From a virus (taxonomy: Duplodnaviria > Caudoviricetes), in IMG/VR virus record IMGVR_UViG_3300025018_000456, positions 1 to 28,486 of that record: a DNA stretch of 28,486 nucleotides; one strand, 5' to 3'. A program made the translations under genes and the position numbers. Below the pieces are notes generated by a model. It ran no database searches and had not been told where the DNA came from. It saw only the letters and a program-made list of their open reading frames with translations. Shown here piece by piece: positions 1 to 7,149 of the stretch (the first letter of the stretch is position 1; the number at the start of each line of letters is the position of its first letter).

Positions 1-1
1 T

Positions 2-154
2 GCACTCGTGCGGGCGGCGTAGCAGCACGGCGAGGGAGCCCGCGAAGGGTTCCACAAAATGTACGGGATCGCCGAGGGCTTCCCAGACGGCCCCGGCGGC
101 GGCGGACTTGCCTCCGGCGTACACGAAGGGTGTTTTGCGTAGGTCAGTCAGCAT
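2..154 (-). CDS. DNA adenine methyltransferase, Dam/D12 class (N-terminal fragment, runs off the window)
   Basis: Hand translation from ATG at 154: MLTDLRKTPFVYAGGKSAAAGAVWEALGDPVHFVEPFAGSLAVLLRRPHEC; PFxYxGGK and VEPFAGS (SAM-binding motif I) are typical of the D12 class. Not in the ORF track. Confidence 0.88.
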   Translation of the reverse strand, partial: MLTDLRKTPFVYAGGKSAAAGAVWEALGDPVHFVEPFAGSLAVLLRRPHEC

Positions 155-350
155 CGGTCACCGCCCTGGCCTCGTCGCAGTGGTAGCACGACGGGGGCGG
201 TGGGCATCCCTCGACGTAGCGCCAATGCTTGCCGCAGGCGGTACACCGCCACGCCTGCCGTGTGCCTAGACACTGGCCGCAGGCCGGCGAACAGTCGGGG
301 TCCGCGCAACGAGTCAGCTCGAAGATGGGCGGATGGTTAGCTGGTGACAT
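144..350 (-). CDS. Small Cys-rich (probable Zn-binding) protein, 68 aa
   Basis: ATG at 350 after GGAGG; CADPDC, CGQC, CTAC and CYHC pairs; overlaps both neighbours. Confidence 0.65.
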   Translation of the reverse strand: MSPANHPPIFELTRCADPDCSPACGQCLGTRQAWRCTACGKHWRYVEGCPPPPSCYHCDEARAVTDAD

Positions 351-867
351 TGGTAGCACCCTCCCGAACCACGTTGAAAGCTGCGCGATTGCAGTAGATG
401 GACTTGGCGATCGGCGCGTTGCAACCCGGCTGTCCAAGCTGGCACGGCCGACACTGGCACGGGAACCACGGCAGCGCGTCAAGCCGACCGATTAGGATCG
501 CCCCGGTGTTGCGTTCGACGATAGCCAGAAACACCGGGCAGCCCGTTGCCTTCTGGACCTGCAGGTACTGACGATAGTGGGCTGCTTTCAGGCCGTGAAC
601 GTCGATCTGCTTGCTGTTGTTGAACGCGGCATGGCTGTAGTGTTTGACCTCTACCCATACCCGGTTGCCGCCCCGGCATACGTCCAGGTCAGGCACGATT
701 AGCGAGCGGGTCAGGAACTTAAGCTTGGGTGCAACGTCTCCGTCGGAGCCGGTGAAATCGTAGGACGGGATCACGCCGTAGCCGCGCTCCTGTAGCCATC
801 GGGTCACGATGGCCTCGCCCTCGCGGCCTTGCCGCAGGTTGTCATCGAAGTTGGAATGGGTGCTCAC
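337..867 (-). CDS. PD-(D/E)XK superfamily nuclease-like protein
   Basis: GTG at 867 overlaps the upstream stop (GTGA); GREGE..V..WL..RGY helix, PDL and WVEVK motifs; C-terminal CQCRPC. Confidence 0.75.
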   Translation of the reverse strand: MSTHSNFDDNLRQGREGEAIVTRWLQERGYGVIPSYDFTGSDGDVAPKLKFLTRSLIVPDLDVCRGGNRVWVEVKHYSHAAFNNSKQIDVHGLKAAHYRQYLQVQKATGCPVFLAIVERNTGAILIGRLDALPWFPCQCRPCQLGQPGCNAPIAKSIYCNRAAFNVVREGATNVTS

Positions 868-2090
868 GACGCCACCTCGTTCCCCCACACGGCCCATCCG
901 TCGGGCGCCGCGCCGCGCCGGAAGAGTTCGATCTTGGTGCCGTGGTACATGGTGTCGATCAGCGCGCGGAACTCCTCGGGCTTGGCCGAATGCGGCCCAG
1001 GCCGCGGCACCTCCTGCACCTGGTCGGCCTTCTTGTCGGAGTCCGGTTGGCAACTGCCGCGAACGCAGATCAGCAGCAGTTCGGCGGCGGCGTTGTGGTA
1101 GTGCCCAAACGGGCCGTGCCCTTTGTCCCAGACGATGGCGGTCTTGTACGTGAAGCCCCACGCCTTGACGACGGCCAGAGCGTCGGGGAGGAGCGGGAAG
1201 GTCGTCCAGCAGAAGAGCACAGCGTCGGGTTCGGCCATGGCGGCCACGGGTAGCGCGCTCAGGTCGGCGACGCTCATTGTCGGGTAGTGGTCATCGGCCG
1301 CAGTCCCGGCGTACCCGTCAAGCCCCCGGCTATCGCCGTACTTCCACGGCGGGTCGGCGTAGAGCACGCGATACCGGCCGGTCGGCATGGCCGGCGTGAA
1401 GTCCGCCAGCTCGTCCCGCTTGGCCTGCCGCGTCGCCTCGGTGAGCTTGACCTCGCCGGCCGCGACGGCGGCCAGCAGGTCCGGCCGCTTGTTGCCGAGG
1501 GCTTGGGTGCGGGCGGCGGTCGCCTCCGAGACTGCGGCGCGGGCGGCGAGGCGTGCGTGTTCGTGGTCCGGTTCGGGCTTCTCGGTTGGTCGTTTATCAC
1601 GTGATAAATCACCAACGGCCGCCCTTCCGTACCCGTCAACTTGCGCCTCGCGGTCGGCGGCGGCAACCTCCAACCGGCGGCCCCCTGCGGCCTCGTGCTG
1701 TTGCGTGGTAGCCTCCGCCCGCCGGGCGTTGGCGGCCTCGCGGCGGCGGGTCTGGTCGGCTTCCCACCCGGCGCTAGACTTGTCAATCAGAAGCCGGATG
1801 GCGGCCCGCTGGCCGGCCTCCAAGTCGCGGCGCTGGCCGTTCAAAGCCCAGACGTGCTCAAACGGGTTGCCGCCCGCGAACTGCTCGAACCTCGGCTCGA
1901 CGCCAGCCTCGCGACAGGCGGCATAGCGGTTGCGCCCGTCAAGGATCTGGCCGTCGCATAGCAGGATCGGCACCTGCAGCCCGGTCGTGGCAATCGACTC
2001 GACAAGCTGCGCGAACCGGCCCGGATCCATCATGGGAAACGCGGCGGCGGCGGGGTGTGCGGTCAGCTCAGGCGTGGTACAATCACTCAC
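864..2090 (-). CDS. ParB/Srx N-terminal domain fused to an MT-A70 family N6-adenine methyltransferase
   Basis: N-term HP.A..FP, GL..PI, ILDGRNRY.AC (ParB-like); C-term YADPPW, WGF.YKT, HSAKP, IELF.R, GW..WGNE (MT-A70); AAGGAGG upstream. Confidence 0.9.
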   Translation of the reverse strand: MSDCTTPELTAHPAAAAFPMMDPGRFAQLVESIATTGLQVPILLCDGQILDGRNRYAACREAGVEPRFEQFAGGNPFEHVWALNGQRRDLEAGQRAAIRLLIDKSSAGWEADQTRRREAANARRAEATTQQHEAAGGRRLEVAAADREAQVDGYGRAAVGDLSRDKRPTEKPEPDHEHARLAARAAVSEATAARTQALGNKRPDLLAAVAAGEVKLTEATRQAKRDELADFTPAMPTGRYRVLYADPPWKYGDSRGLDGYAGTAADDHYPTMSVADLSALPVAAMAEPDAVLFCWTTFPLLPDALAVVKAWGFTYKTAIVWDKGHGPFGHYHNAAAELLLICVRGSCQPDSDKKADQVQEVPRPGPHSAKPEEFRALIDTMYHGTKIELFRRGAAPDGWAVWGNEVAS

Positions 2091-2115
2091 ATGGGCCTCC
2101 TTTGCAGGTCCTTTT

Positions 2116-2161
2116 GCGGCCCGGCTGCTTCCACGGCGGCCGGGCCGCCCCTATTGTAGCA
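2116..2161 (-). promoter_or_regulatory. Putative extended -10 promoter (TGcTACAAT) with a 10-bp leader hairpin upstream of the ParB-MTase gene
   Basis: TG-c-TACAAT on the minus strand at 2161-2153; GCGGCCCGGC (2116-2125) pairs with GCCGGGCCGC (2139-2148). Confidence 0.5.
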
Positions 2162-2180
2162 CGTCACCTGCCCGACGGCG

Positions 2181-2579
2181 CTACTGGTCATCGGCGTCTC
2201 GGGGATCGCTCGTTGGTCCTGGGAAATACTCCGGCCAGAGAAACCAGATCCAAGTCAAAGCTTCGCAGAGATCGTGGACCAACTTCGGGGTTGTCACTAC
2301 CCGCCCGAGACGGGAGAGACAGCTGACGACGTTGGCGACGACCGCCGGGACCGCCTCCATTGCCAGGGAGGCTCCTGCTGCCGCGCAGAAGATGTAGTGG
2401 TCGTCAGCCCGCCAGTCAAAAAGCGTCGGCTCCCCAGGGGCCTCCCCCCATTGACTTCCCCAGAAGACGGTCAAGGGGGTGGGACCGGCCACCCCGAAGA
2501 CTATCTGCTCGACGGCTAGGTAGTCGTTCTCGACCAGTCGGATCCCAGGGACCAGAGACAGCATGGTGGCAACGGTCAT
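2181..2579 (-). CDS. Hypothetical protein, 132 aa
   Basis: ATGA overlap with the upstream gene; protein-like composition. Confidence 0.65.
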   Translation of the reverse strand: MTVATMLSLVPGIRLVENDYLAVEQIVFGVAGPTPLTVFWGSQWGEAPGEPTLFDWRADDHYIFCAAAGASLAMEAVPAVVANVVSCLSRLGRVVTTPKLVHDLCEALTWIWFLWPEYFPGPTSDPRDADDQ

Positions 2580-2833
2580 TGTCGTCTCGGGCCGCGCCGC
2601 ACTGCCCCGGCGGCGGCCGGCTGCTTGCGGCAGACGCAGCCGAACGGCCGGGCCGACCGCGCCTTGAACTCGTCAAAATCGTTGTCCGTCCAGTACCGCA
2701 CTTCGTCGCCTCGCCGCGCCCACTGGCCGACGATCTGCCGAAGCTGCCGTGGCGTGTGCGCTTCCACGGCGGCCCAGGCGAGCAGCGCCCCGCAGTGCGG
2801 GCAGAGCGCCACGGCATTGGATTTTTCGGTCAC
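2576..2833 (-). CDS. CxxC...CxC Zn-binding protein (paralog of 2859-3116)
   Basis: GTG at 2833 after AGGAGG (alternative ATG at 2869); CPHCG ... FDEF..R ... CVC. Confidence 0.7.
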   Translation of the reverse strand: MTEKSNAVALCPHCGALLAWAAVEAHTPRQLRQIVGQWARRGDEVRYWTDNDFDEFKARSARPFGCVCRKQPAAAGAVRRGPRRQ

Positions 2834-2858
2834 GACGGCACCCTCCTGCCCGACGGTG

Positions 2859-3116
2859 CTACTGGTCATCGCCGACCTCGGGAATCTCGAGCTGCTTGGA
2901 TTTGTCGGCCGGCTTGCCGCAGGTGCATTTGCCAATCCGGTCGCGGAACTCGGCGAATCGGTCATCGCCGACATACTCGATTTGGTAGCCGTACCCGGCG
3001 GCCTGCCGCACTCGCTTCATCTGCGTCTTGTCGGTGCGGTCGACGTGACACATGGCAATCGGCACCGCCCCGCAGACCGGGCAGCTCGCAAACATGTGTA
3101 GTCCGGTGTCATGCAT
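2859..3116 (-). CDS. CxxC...CxC Zn-binding protein, 85 aa
   Basis: CPVCG ... FAEF..R ... CTC; GAGG upstream. Confidence 0.72.
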   Translation of the reverse strand: MHDTGLHMFASCPVCGAVPIAMCHVDRTDKTQMKRVRQAAGYGYQIEYVGDDRFAEFRDRIGKCTCGKPADKSKQLEIPEVGDDQ

Positions 3117-3586
3117 GGTCTGCCTCGGTTCCCGGCAGGCTGGCCAGCCCCGGAGCGTCCTGTCCGGGGTGGCGGGCCGCTATGCGAGCCGGCCCGCCTA
3201 GGGTTCACGCGTAGCTGCCAGTCATCTTTTCGCGGCTGGCCGATTCCAGCCGCCGCGGCGTGGCTGTCAGGCCCGCCGCACTGCCCCGGCCGGCTATGAC
3301 CCCGGCCGGGGCTGCCGGTCTCTCCCGGCTTGTCACGCCTGTCTGCAGGGCTACTGGTTCCCGACGTTCTCATACCGCACATTACACGGACCCTGCTTGA
3401 GCCAGCGCCTCCCCGGCTGGACGGGAGCAGCGAACGTCGCTGCTGGCGAATCTCCTCTCGCATGGCCTCGCCCGGAATCGCGCCGGGTACGCTAACCGAG
3501 GCCGGACCCGGCCGCCGCCAAGGGTGGGGGACGACGGCCGGGGTTCGTCATCGCCGCGGGCCGGGGGGAAGTGCCGCGGCAATCTG
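3117..3586 (-). ncRNA. Candidate structured non-coding RNA or leader (unassigned)
   Basis: 470-nt gap in an otherwise tightly packed operon, containing about 10 consecutive stems; overlapping ORFs look like R/G/P-rich shadows. Confidence 0.4.
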
Positions 3587-3802
3587 TCAGTCCGATCCGA
3601 ACAGCGCCACAGCCAGCAGCATCGCCACGAGCCCGCAGGAGGCGGCCACGTCGCGTTGTGCGAGCGGCGCTACCGAGAACCACGTCCAACACGCCACGGC
3701 GGCCGCGGTCATCGCCCAGGCATAGCGCCGCCGGAGCTGCTGGCGCCGTAGCCGCGCCCGGAGTGCCACCGACGCGGGCGGCAGCGTTCGCATGGTCTTC
3801 AT
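3587..3802 (-). CDS. Small 2-TM membrane protein
   Basis: Basic N-terminus then two hydrophobic stretches; TGATG overlap and GAGGAG RBS. Confidence 0.65.
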   Translation of the reverse strand: MKTMRTLPPASVALRARLRRQQLRRRYAWAMTAAAVACWTWFSVAPLAQRDVAASCGLVAMLLAVALFGSD

Positions 3803-4134
3803 CAGCACTCCTCGTATTCAAGCCGGCCGGCGACCTCGCGGTACCGCAGCACGGGCCACTCGGTATCCAGGCGACCGACCTCGGCCGGGCCGGTGTGGTC
3901 TGCCAGGTCGGCGACCTCCGGCCGGCAGCGGGCAGCGTCGTGGAACCGCAGCCAGACGATGCCCACAACTGGGTATCCGTCGTGGCACGGTCCGAGCCGG
4001 GACAGCCCGCAGACGATCTCGACCTGCCCGTCGGTGATGGCCTTGCCGCAGGTCTCACAGCGCGGGTCCGGTGAGTCGCAGTCCAGTCGGGTGCGGACGA
4101 GCCGCACCCCGCTGTCCATCGTGATCTTCGGCAT
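3802..4134 (-). CDS. Hypothetical protein with CxxC, 110 aa
   Basis: ATG at 4134 after GGAGG; CETCG. Confidence 0.65.
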   Translation of the reverse strand: MPKITMDSGVRLVRTRLDCDSPDPRCETCGKAITDGQVEIVCGLSRLGPCHDGYPVVGIVWLRFHDAARCRPEVADLADHTGPAEVGRLDTEWPVLRYREVAGRLEYEEC

Positions 4135-4135
4135 G

Positions 4136-5014
4136 TCAGCCCTCCAGGTCGGACGGGGCGGCGTCATCGAACTCAGCATCGATCGCGTCGTCTTCGGCGG
4201 CCTGCGAAACCTCGGCGTCCGCCAAGGCTTGAATGTAGGACCGGGCCTGCCGCGCGAGGGATGTCAGCTCGTCAACCTGCGCCCCGGTCATAGACGCGAC
4301 GTTGGCCTTCGTCTCACGGTTGCACTCGCCGAGCATGTTGCGCGCTTCAAGCGCGTCCGCCAGCTCGCCGATCGCCTGATACCGCGCGGCCAGCGAGTCG
4401 AAGCCGGCGTACCCGGCCGGCCCGGTTGCCGCGGCGTTGACGGTCTGCGGGGCGGTCGGCGCCACGTCGCCGTCCATCTCCTCGCGGCTGTAGACTCCCG
4501 CGAGGATGTCCGGGAACAGCCGGCGGCAGAGCCGGCTCACCGCCCGCGCCCGGAGCATGTCTCCCCGGAACTTCTGCCAGTTTCCGCCGGTCAGCCCGGC
4601 GGCCTTGGCGTCCGCGTCGGTGAACTCTACCTTCATCTGCGTCCCGTCGGTGCGGGTGGCGTCGACTTCGTACCCGTCCTTCGTCGGACCTTCCCGCCAC
4701 GACGCCACCTGCCCGGAACCGCGGCAAGCGCCGACCATGAGGTCAGCGCCGAGGGTGACCTTGCCGTTGATGACGTGGGTTCCGTTGATGACTGTCATCA
4801 GCGGGAGCTGGAGCTGAGCTGCGGTTAGCATGGCCGCCATGATGTCCGGCGCCTTGCGGTAGGCCGGCGGCAGGGTCGCAGCCCCGGAAAGCTGATTGGC
4901 GAGGGCCATGGCGCTGTCCAGCGTCACGAAGTTCCCCCCCCCGATGTCAATCCCACCCGGCCGCGTCGCGGCGGACGGTTCGACCGCCGCGATGGCGGTG
5001 CTCTTGTCACTCAT
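4136..5014 (-). CDS. RecT/Red-beta-like single-strand annealing protein
   Basis: HVINGKVTL, AKAAGL..GNWQKF..DMLRARAVSR..R..FPD.L.GVY..EEM signature of RecT-like annealases. Confidence 0.85.
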   Translation of the reverse strand: MSDKSTAIAAVEPSAATRPGGIDIGGGNFVTLDSAMALANQLSGAATLPPAYRKAPDIMAAMLTAAQLQLPLMTVINGTHVINGKVTLGADLMVGACRGSGQVASWREGPTKDGYEVDATRTDGTQMKVEFTDADAKAAGLTGGNWQKFRGDMLRARAVSRLCRRLFPDILAGVYSREEMDGDVAPTAPQTVNAAATGPAGYAGFDSLAARYQAIGELADALEARNMLGECNRETKANVASMTGAQVDELTSLARQARSYIQALADAEVSQAAEDDAIDAEFDDAAPSDLEG

Positions 5015-5339
5015 GTCCTGCCTCCTTGCTGCTACCTCTCGCCGCCGATGTCACCATCATGCGCGCCCGTTCCGACTGGGCCTGCGCCGCCTCGCGCTCG
5101 CCGTCGAGAACTACGTCAAAGCCCACTTCCAACACCGTCTGCAGCGCGTAGCCGTATTCGAGGTCGTAGCGCCGGAACTCGCCGACCTCGGCGAAGTCGG
5201 GCATCGAGCCGTTGGCCTTCATCATCGTCACCAAGACCTTCAACTGCTGCTCGAACTGCATGTCGACGTGGTGCGGCAGGTGGGCTTTTCCGCCCTCCGA
5301 GGTCCAGGCCGAGGGAACGTTCCGCGTGTAGATGTCCAC
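5007..5339 (-). CDS. Hypothetical protein, 110 aa
   Basis: GTG at 5339 in a TAGTG overlap; protein-like composition from VDIYTRN onward. Confidence 0.65.
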   Translation of the reverse strand: MDIYTRNVPSAWTSEGGKAHLPHHVDMQFEQQLKVLVTMMKANGSMPDFAEVGEFRRYDLEYGYALQTVLEVGFDVVLDGEREAAQAQSERARMMVTSAARGSSKEAGHE

Positions 5340-5566
5340 TATCGCCGCCTTTCCAGCCGCGCCGCGGCCTTCGCGCCGTGCTGCTTGCAGTACAACTCGC
5401 CCGTCCCGTGACCGGGCTTGCGTTGGCACTGGTGGAAGCTCGGCCAGCGCCCTCCGTCGTGAACACGCGCAACGCAGCGCGTCGAGTCATAGACACTGGG
5501 CCGGTACGGCGTGCCATACTCGACCTGCGCCGCCTCCTCGGGCGTCTCCGGCGTACATGTACTCAT
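5339..5566 (-). CDS. Small CCCH-type Zn-finger-like protein
   Basis: RC.A......C.RK.G......YC.QHG; ATGA overlap and GGAGG RBS. Confidence 0.7.
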   Translation of the reverse strand: MSTCTPETPEEAAQVEYGTPYRPSVYDSTRCVARVHDGGRWPSFHQCQRKPGHGTGELYCKQHGAKAAARLERRR

Positions 5567-5772
5567 CGGGTCGCCTCCCCGATCATCCTCGCAACCTGTC
5601 GGACCTGACGCGCGATGCGGGCGGCCCGGCGCGCCGCGAGGTCCGCTGCCACGGAGGCTGGCCGGCCCGGCTCGCCGTCGTATGACGGGTTGCCCTCCGG
5701 GAACGCGCCCTCGGCGGCCAGGTCCGAGACCTTGACTACCTCGCCGGTAGCCAGTACAATCTCACTCAACAT
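5563..5772 (-). CDS. Hypothetical protein, 69 aa
   Basis: GGAGGAG RBS; coupled to the downstream gene. Confidence 0.65.
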   Translation of the reverse strand: MLSEIVLATGEVVKVSDLAAEGAFPEGNPSYDGEPGRPASVAADLAARRAARIARQVRQVARMIGEATR

Positions 5773-5817
5773 CTCAGCTCCTCCCGCCGGGCGGCCCCTC
5801 CAGGTCGCCCGGCGTCG

Positions 5818-6015
5818 TTATTCGGTCACTGCAGCCGGGGCGGCCAGCACGGCCACACCCGCCATGAGTGCCATGGCGTAGATCGTCGACTTCTGGTATG
5901 CCGCGCCGCGCGGCAGGCCGGCGTTGAGCCGTGCCACCAGCGCGGCTACCTCGGCGTGCTGCGCCTCCGTGAGCGGCACCATCAACATCCGCTCACTCTC
6001 GTCAGATTTAGCCAT
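5818..6015 (-). CDS. First gene of the leftward early operon; possible ribbon-helix-helix regulator, 65 aa
   Basis: ATG at 6015 after GAGGAGG; alternating RMLMVPL strand, then helix, turn, KS.I...AL..G helix. The RHH call is inference. Confidence 0.6.
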   Translation of the reverse strand: MAKSDESERMLMVPLTEAQHAEVAALVARLNAGLPRGAAYQKSTIYAMALMAGVAVLAAPAAVTE

Positions 6016-6037
6016 GCTCGACCTCCTCGTCACGGTC

Positions 6038-6065
6038 AGCATACCACCCAACAGGCCGGATGCAA
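6038..6065 (-). promoter_or_regulatory. Leftward promoter TTGCAT-N16-TATGCT with extended -10
   Basis: Minus strand TTGCATccggcctgttgggTGgTATGCT. Confidence 0.7.
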
Positions 6066-6146
6066 GCGCAATAATATTGCATTTTCGTTGCGCCGGCTGC
6101 TTCCGACTTGCGCCGCCCGACCTTCCGAAGGCGCAATAATATTGCA
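6066..6146. promoter_or_regulatory. Two identical palindromic operators GCGCAATAATATTGCA (6066-6081 and 6131-6146)
   Basis: Exact 16-bp direct repeat with the core palindrome GCAATA-A-TATTGC, in the AT-rich gap between divergent promoters. Confidence 0.85.
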
Positions 6147-6158
6147 ATAAAAAACCGC

Positions 6159-6186
6159 TTGATTGCCCCCTACTGAGTGGTATAAT
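6159..6186 (+). promoter_or_regulatory. Rightward promoter TTGATT-N16-TATAAT with extended -10
   Basis: TTGATTgccccctactgagTGgTATAAT; perfect -10 hexamer. Confidence 0.8.
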
Positions 6187-6205
6187 GACGGCACGGAGAG
6201 ACGAG

Positions 6206-6466
6206 ATGACGAGAATGACGACAAGCGAGATGACCACCTACATAGAGGACTATGGGGTCTCGGGCGTGACGGTTCTGGACGAGGGACTGAGGCGGTTCTC
6301 AGTCCAGTCGAACGGGAAAGACGCGTACACGGTGGTGTACCGAGGATCGGGTGACGGAGACCCAGACTTCATGGCGTTGTGGAGCTGCAACTGCGCCGCA
6401 GGCCGGCACGGCCGGGACTGCAAGCACGTTGCGGCCGTGAGTCGCGCCGTCGATTTGCTAACCTGA
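6206..6466 (+). CDS. SWIM zinc-finger protein
   Basis: F.VQS....Y.V ... WSCNC......CKHV is the CxC-xn-CxH SWIM signature; GGAGAG RBS before ATG 6206. Confidence 0.85.
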   Translation: MTRMTTSEMTTYIEDYGVSGVTVLDEGLRRFSVQSNGKDAYTVVYRGSGDGDPDFMALWSCNCAAGRHGRDCKHVAAVSRAVDLLT

Positions 6467-6485
6467 GCCACCACCGCCGGGGTTG

Positions 6486-6824
6486 CCCCCGGCCCGCCGA
6501 CAAGGAGACTGAGATGACAGACGCAGAGCTTGCCGAGGGCCAGCGCCTCCTCGCTGCGGAGCACGCGCGGTATGACGCGTACTGGCTAGCGCAGCCCGCG
6601 ATTGAGGCCGCCGCGGAGCTGAAGGCCGCGGAACGAGCCGCCTACGCGATGGATGCCCGCAGGACGCGGGCGGCCCGGCGCGCTGCGGCCCGCCTGGACG
6701 AGTACGCGGCGAAATGCGCCAAGGCTCGCGGGGATGAGCGGCGCGAGCAGCGATGGTCGCGTCCCTGACCCACACCACCCAGGGCCGGCCCCCCCCCGGC
6801 CCGCCGCAAGGAGACTGATATGAC
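6486..6824 (+). repeat. Repeated intergenic/RBS element at 6486-6518 and 6793-6824
   Basis: CCCCCGGCCCGCCG(A)CAAGGAGACTGA(G/T)ATGAC precedes two consecutive genes. Confidence 0.85.
6514..6768 (+). CDS. Hypothetical helical protein, 84 aa
   Basis: AAGGAG RBS, ATG at 6514; Ala/Glu/Arg-rich. Confidence 0.75.
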   Translation: MTDAELAEGQRLLAAEHARYDAYWLAQPAIEAAAELKAAERAAYAMDARRTRAARRAAARLDEYAAKCAKARGDERREQRWSRP

Positions 6825-7107
6825 GAACGAACGAATCAACAACCTGATTGCCACGGCCGGGCAGGCCGGGCAGGCGACCATATCAAGTGGCCGTCACTCT
6901 TCGTACTGCGCGACAGGCGCAGTTGTGCTGCTCGCGCCGAACTCGACGAACACCGCCTGGACCATCGTCCAACGCGGCGGCAACACCGGAGAGCGTCGCG
7001 ACCGCGACTGTCTCGTCGCGGTCGGAAGCCTTGACGACATCCGCGCCGCGCTTGCCCAGCGCGGGCCGACCTTTCAAGTCGGACCCGGAATGTGTCGCAT
7101 GTGGTAA
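6820..7107 (+). CDS. Hypothetical protein, 95 aa
   Basis: AAGGAG RBS; converges on the endolysin gene. Confidence 0.75.
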   Translation: MTNERINNLIATAGQAGQATISSGRHSSYCATGAVVLLAPNSTNTAWTIVQRGGNTGERRDRDCLVAVGSLDDIRAALAQRGPTFQVGPGMCRMW

Positions 7108-7118
7108 CACGCCGTACC

Positions 7119-7149
7119 AACGCCCTCCGGTCACCCGGCCGGGGGCGTT
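7119..7149. terminator. Imperfect GC hairpin between convergent operons (possible terminator)
   Basis: AACGCCCTCCGG ... CCGGGGGCGTT; no clear U-tract. Confidence 0.3.

Larger units (their letters stand above)
2167..2871. repeat. 27-bp direct repeat (1 mismatch) at gene ends: 2167-2193 and 2845-2871
   Basis: CCTGCCCGACGG(C/T)GCTACTGGTCATCG; the two ORFs that end in these copies both finish DDQ-stop. Confidence 0.85.

Noticed and set aside
2112-2148. Hairpin as an intrinsic terminator
   Set aside because: On the transcribed minus strand it is followed by AAAA, and on the plus strand the T-run precedes the stem; better read as a leader hairpin
3330-3450. tRNA or tmRNA within the structured gap
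   Set aside because: No T-loop GTTCRA arm in cloverleaf context, acceptor stem or CCA end could be assembled by eye
3017-3463. 148-aa ORF across the structured gap
   Set aside because: R/G/P/S-rich low-complexity translation, overlaps the 2859-3116 gene out of frame, no convincing RBS; not fully excluded
6066-6824. Short direct repeats considered as a CRISPR mini-array
   Set aside because: Only two copies of each repeat, positioned as operators or RBS leaders; no cas genes
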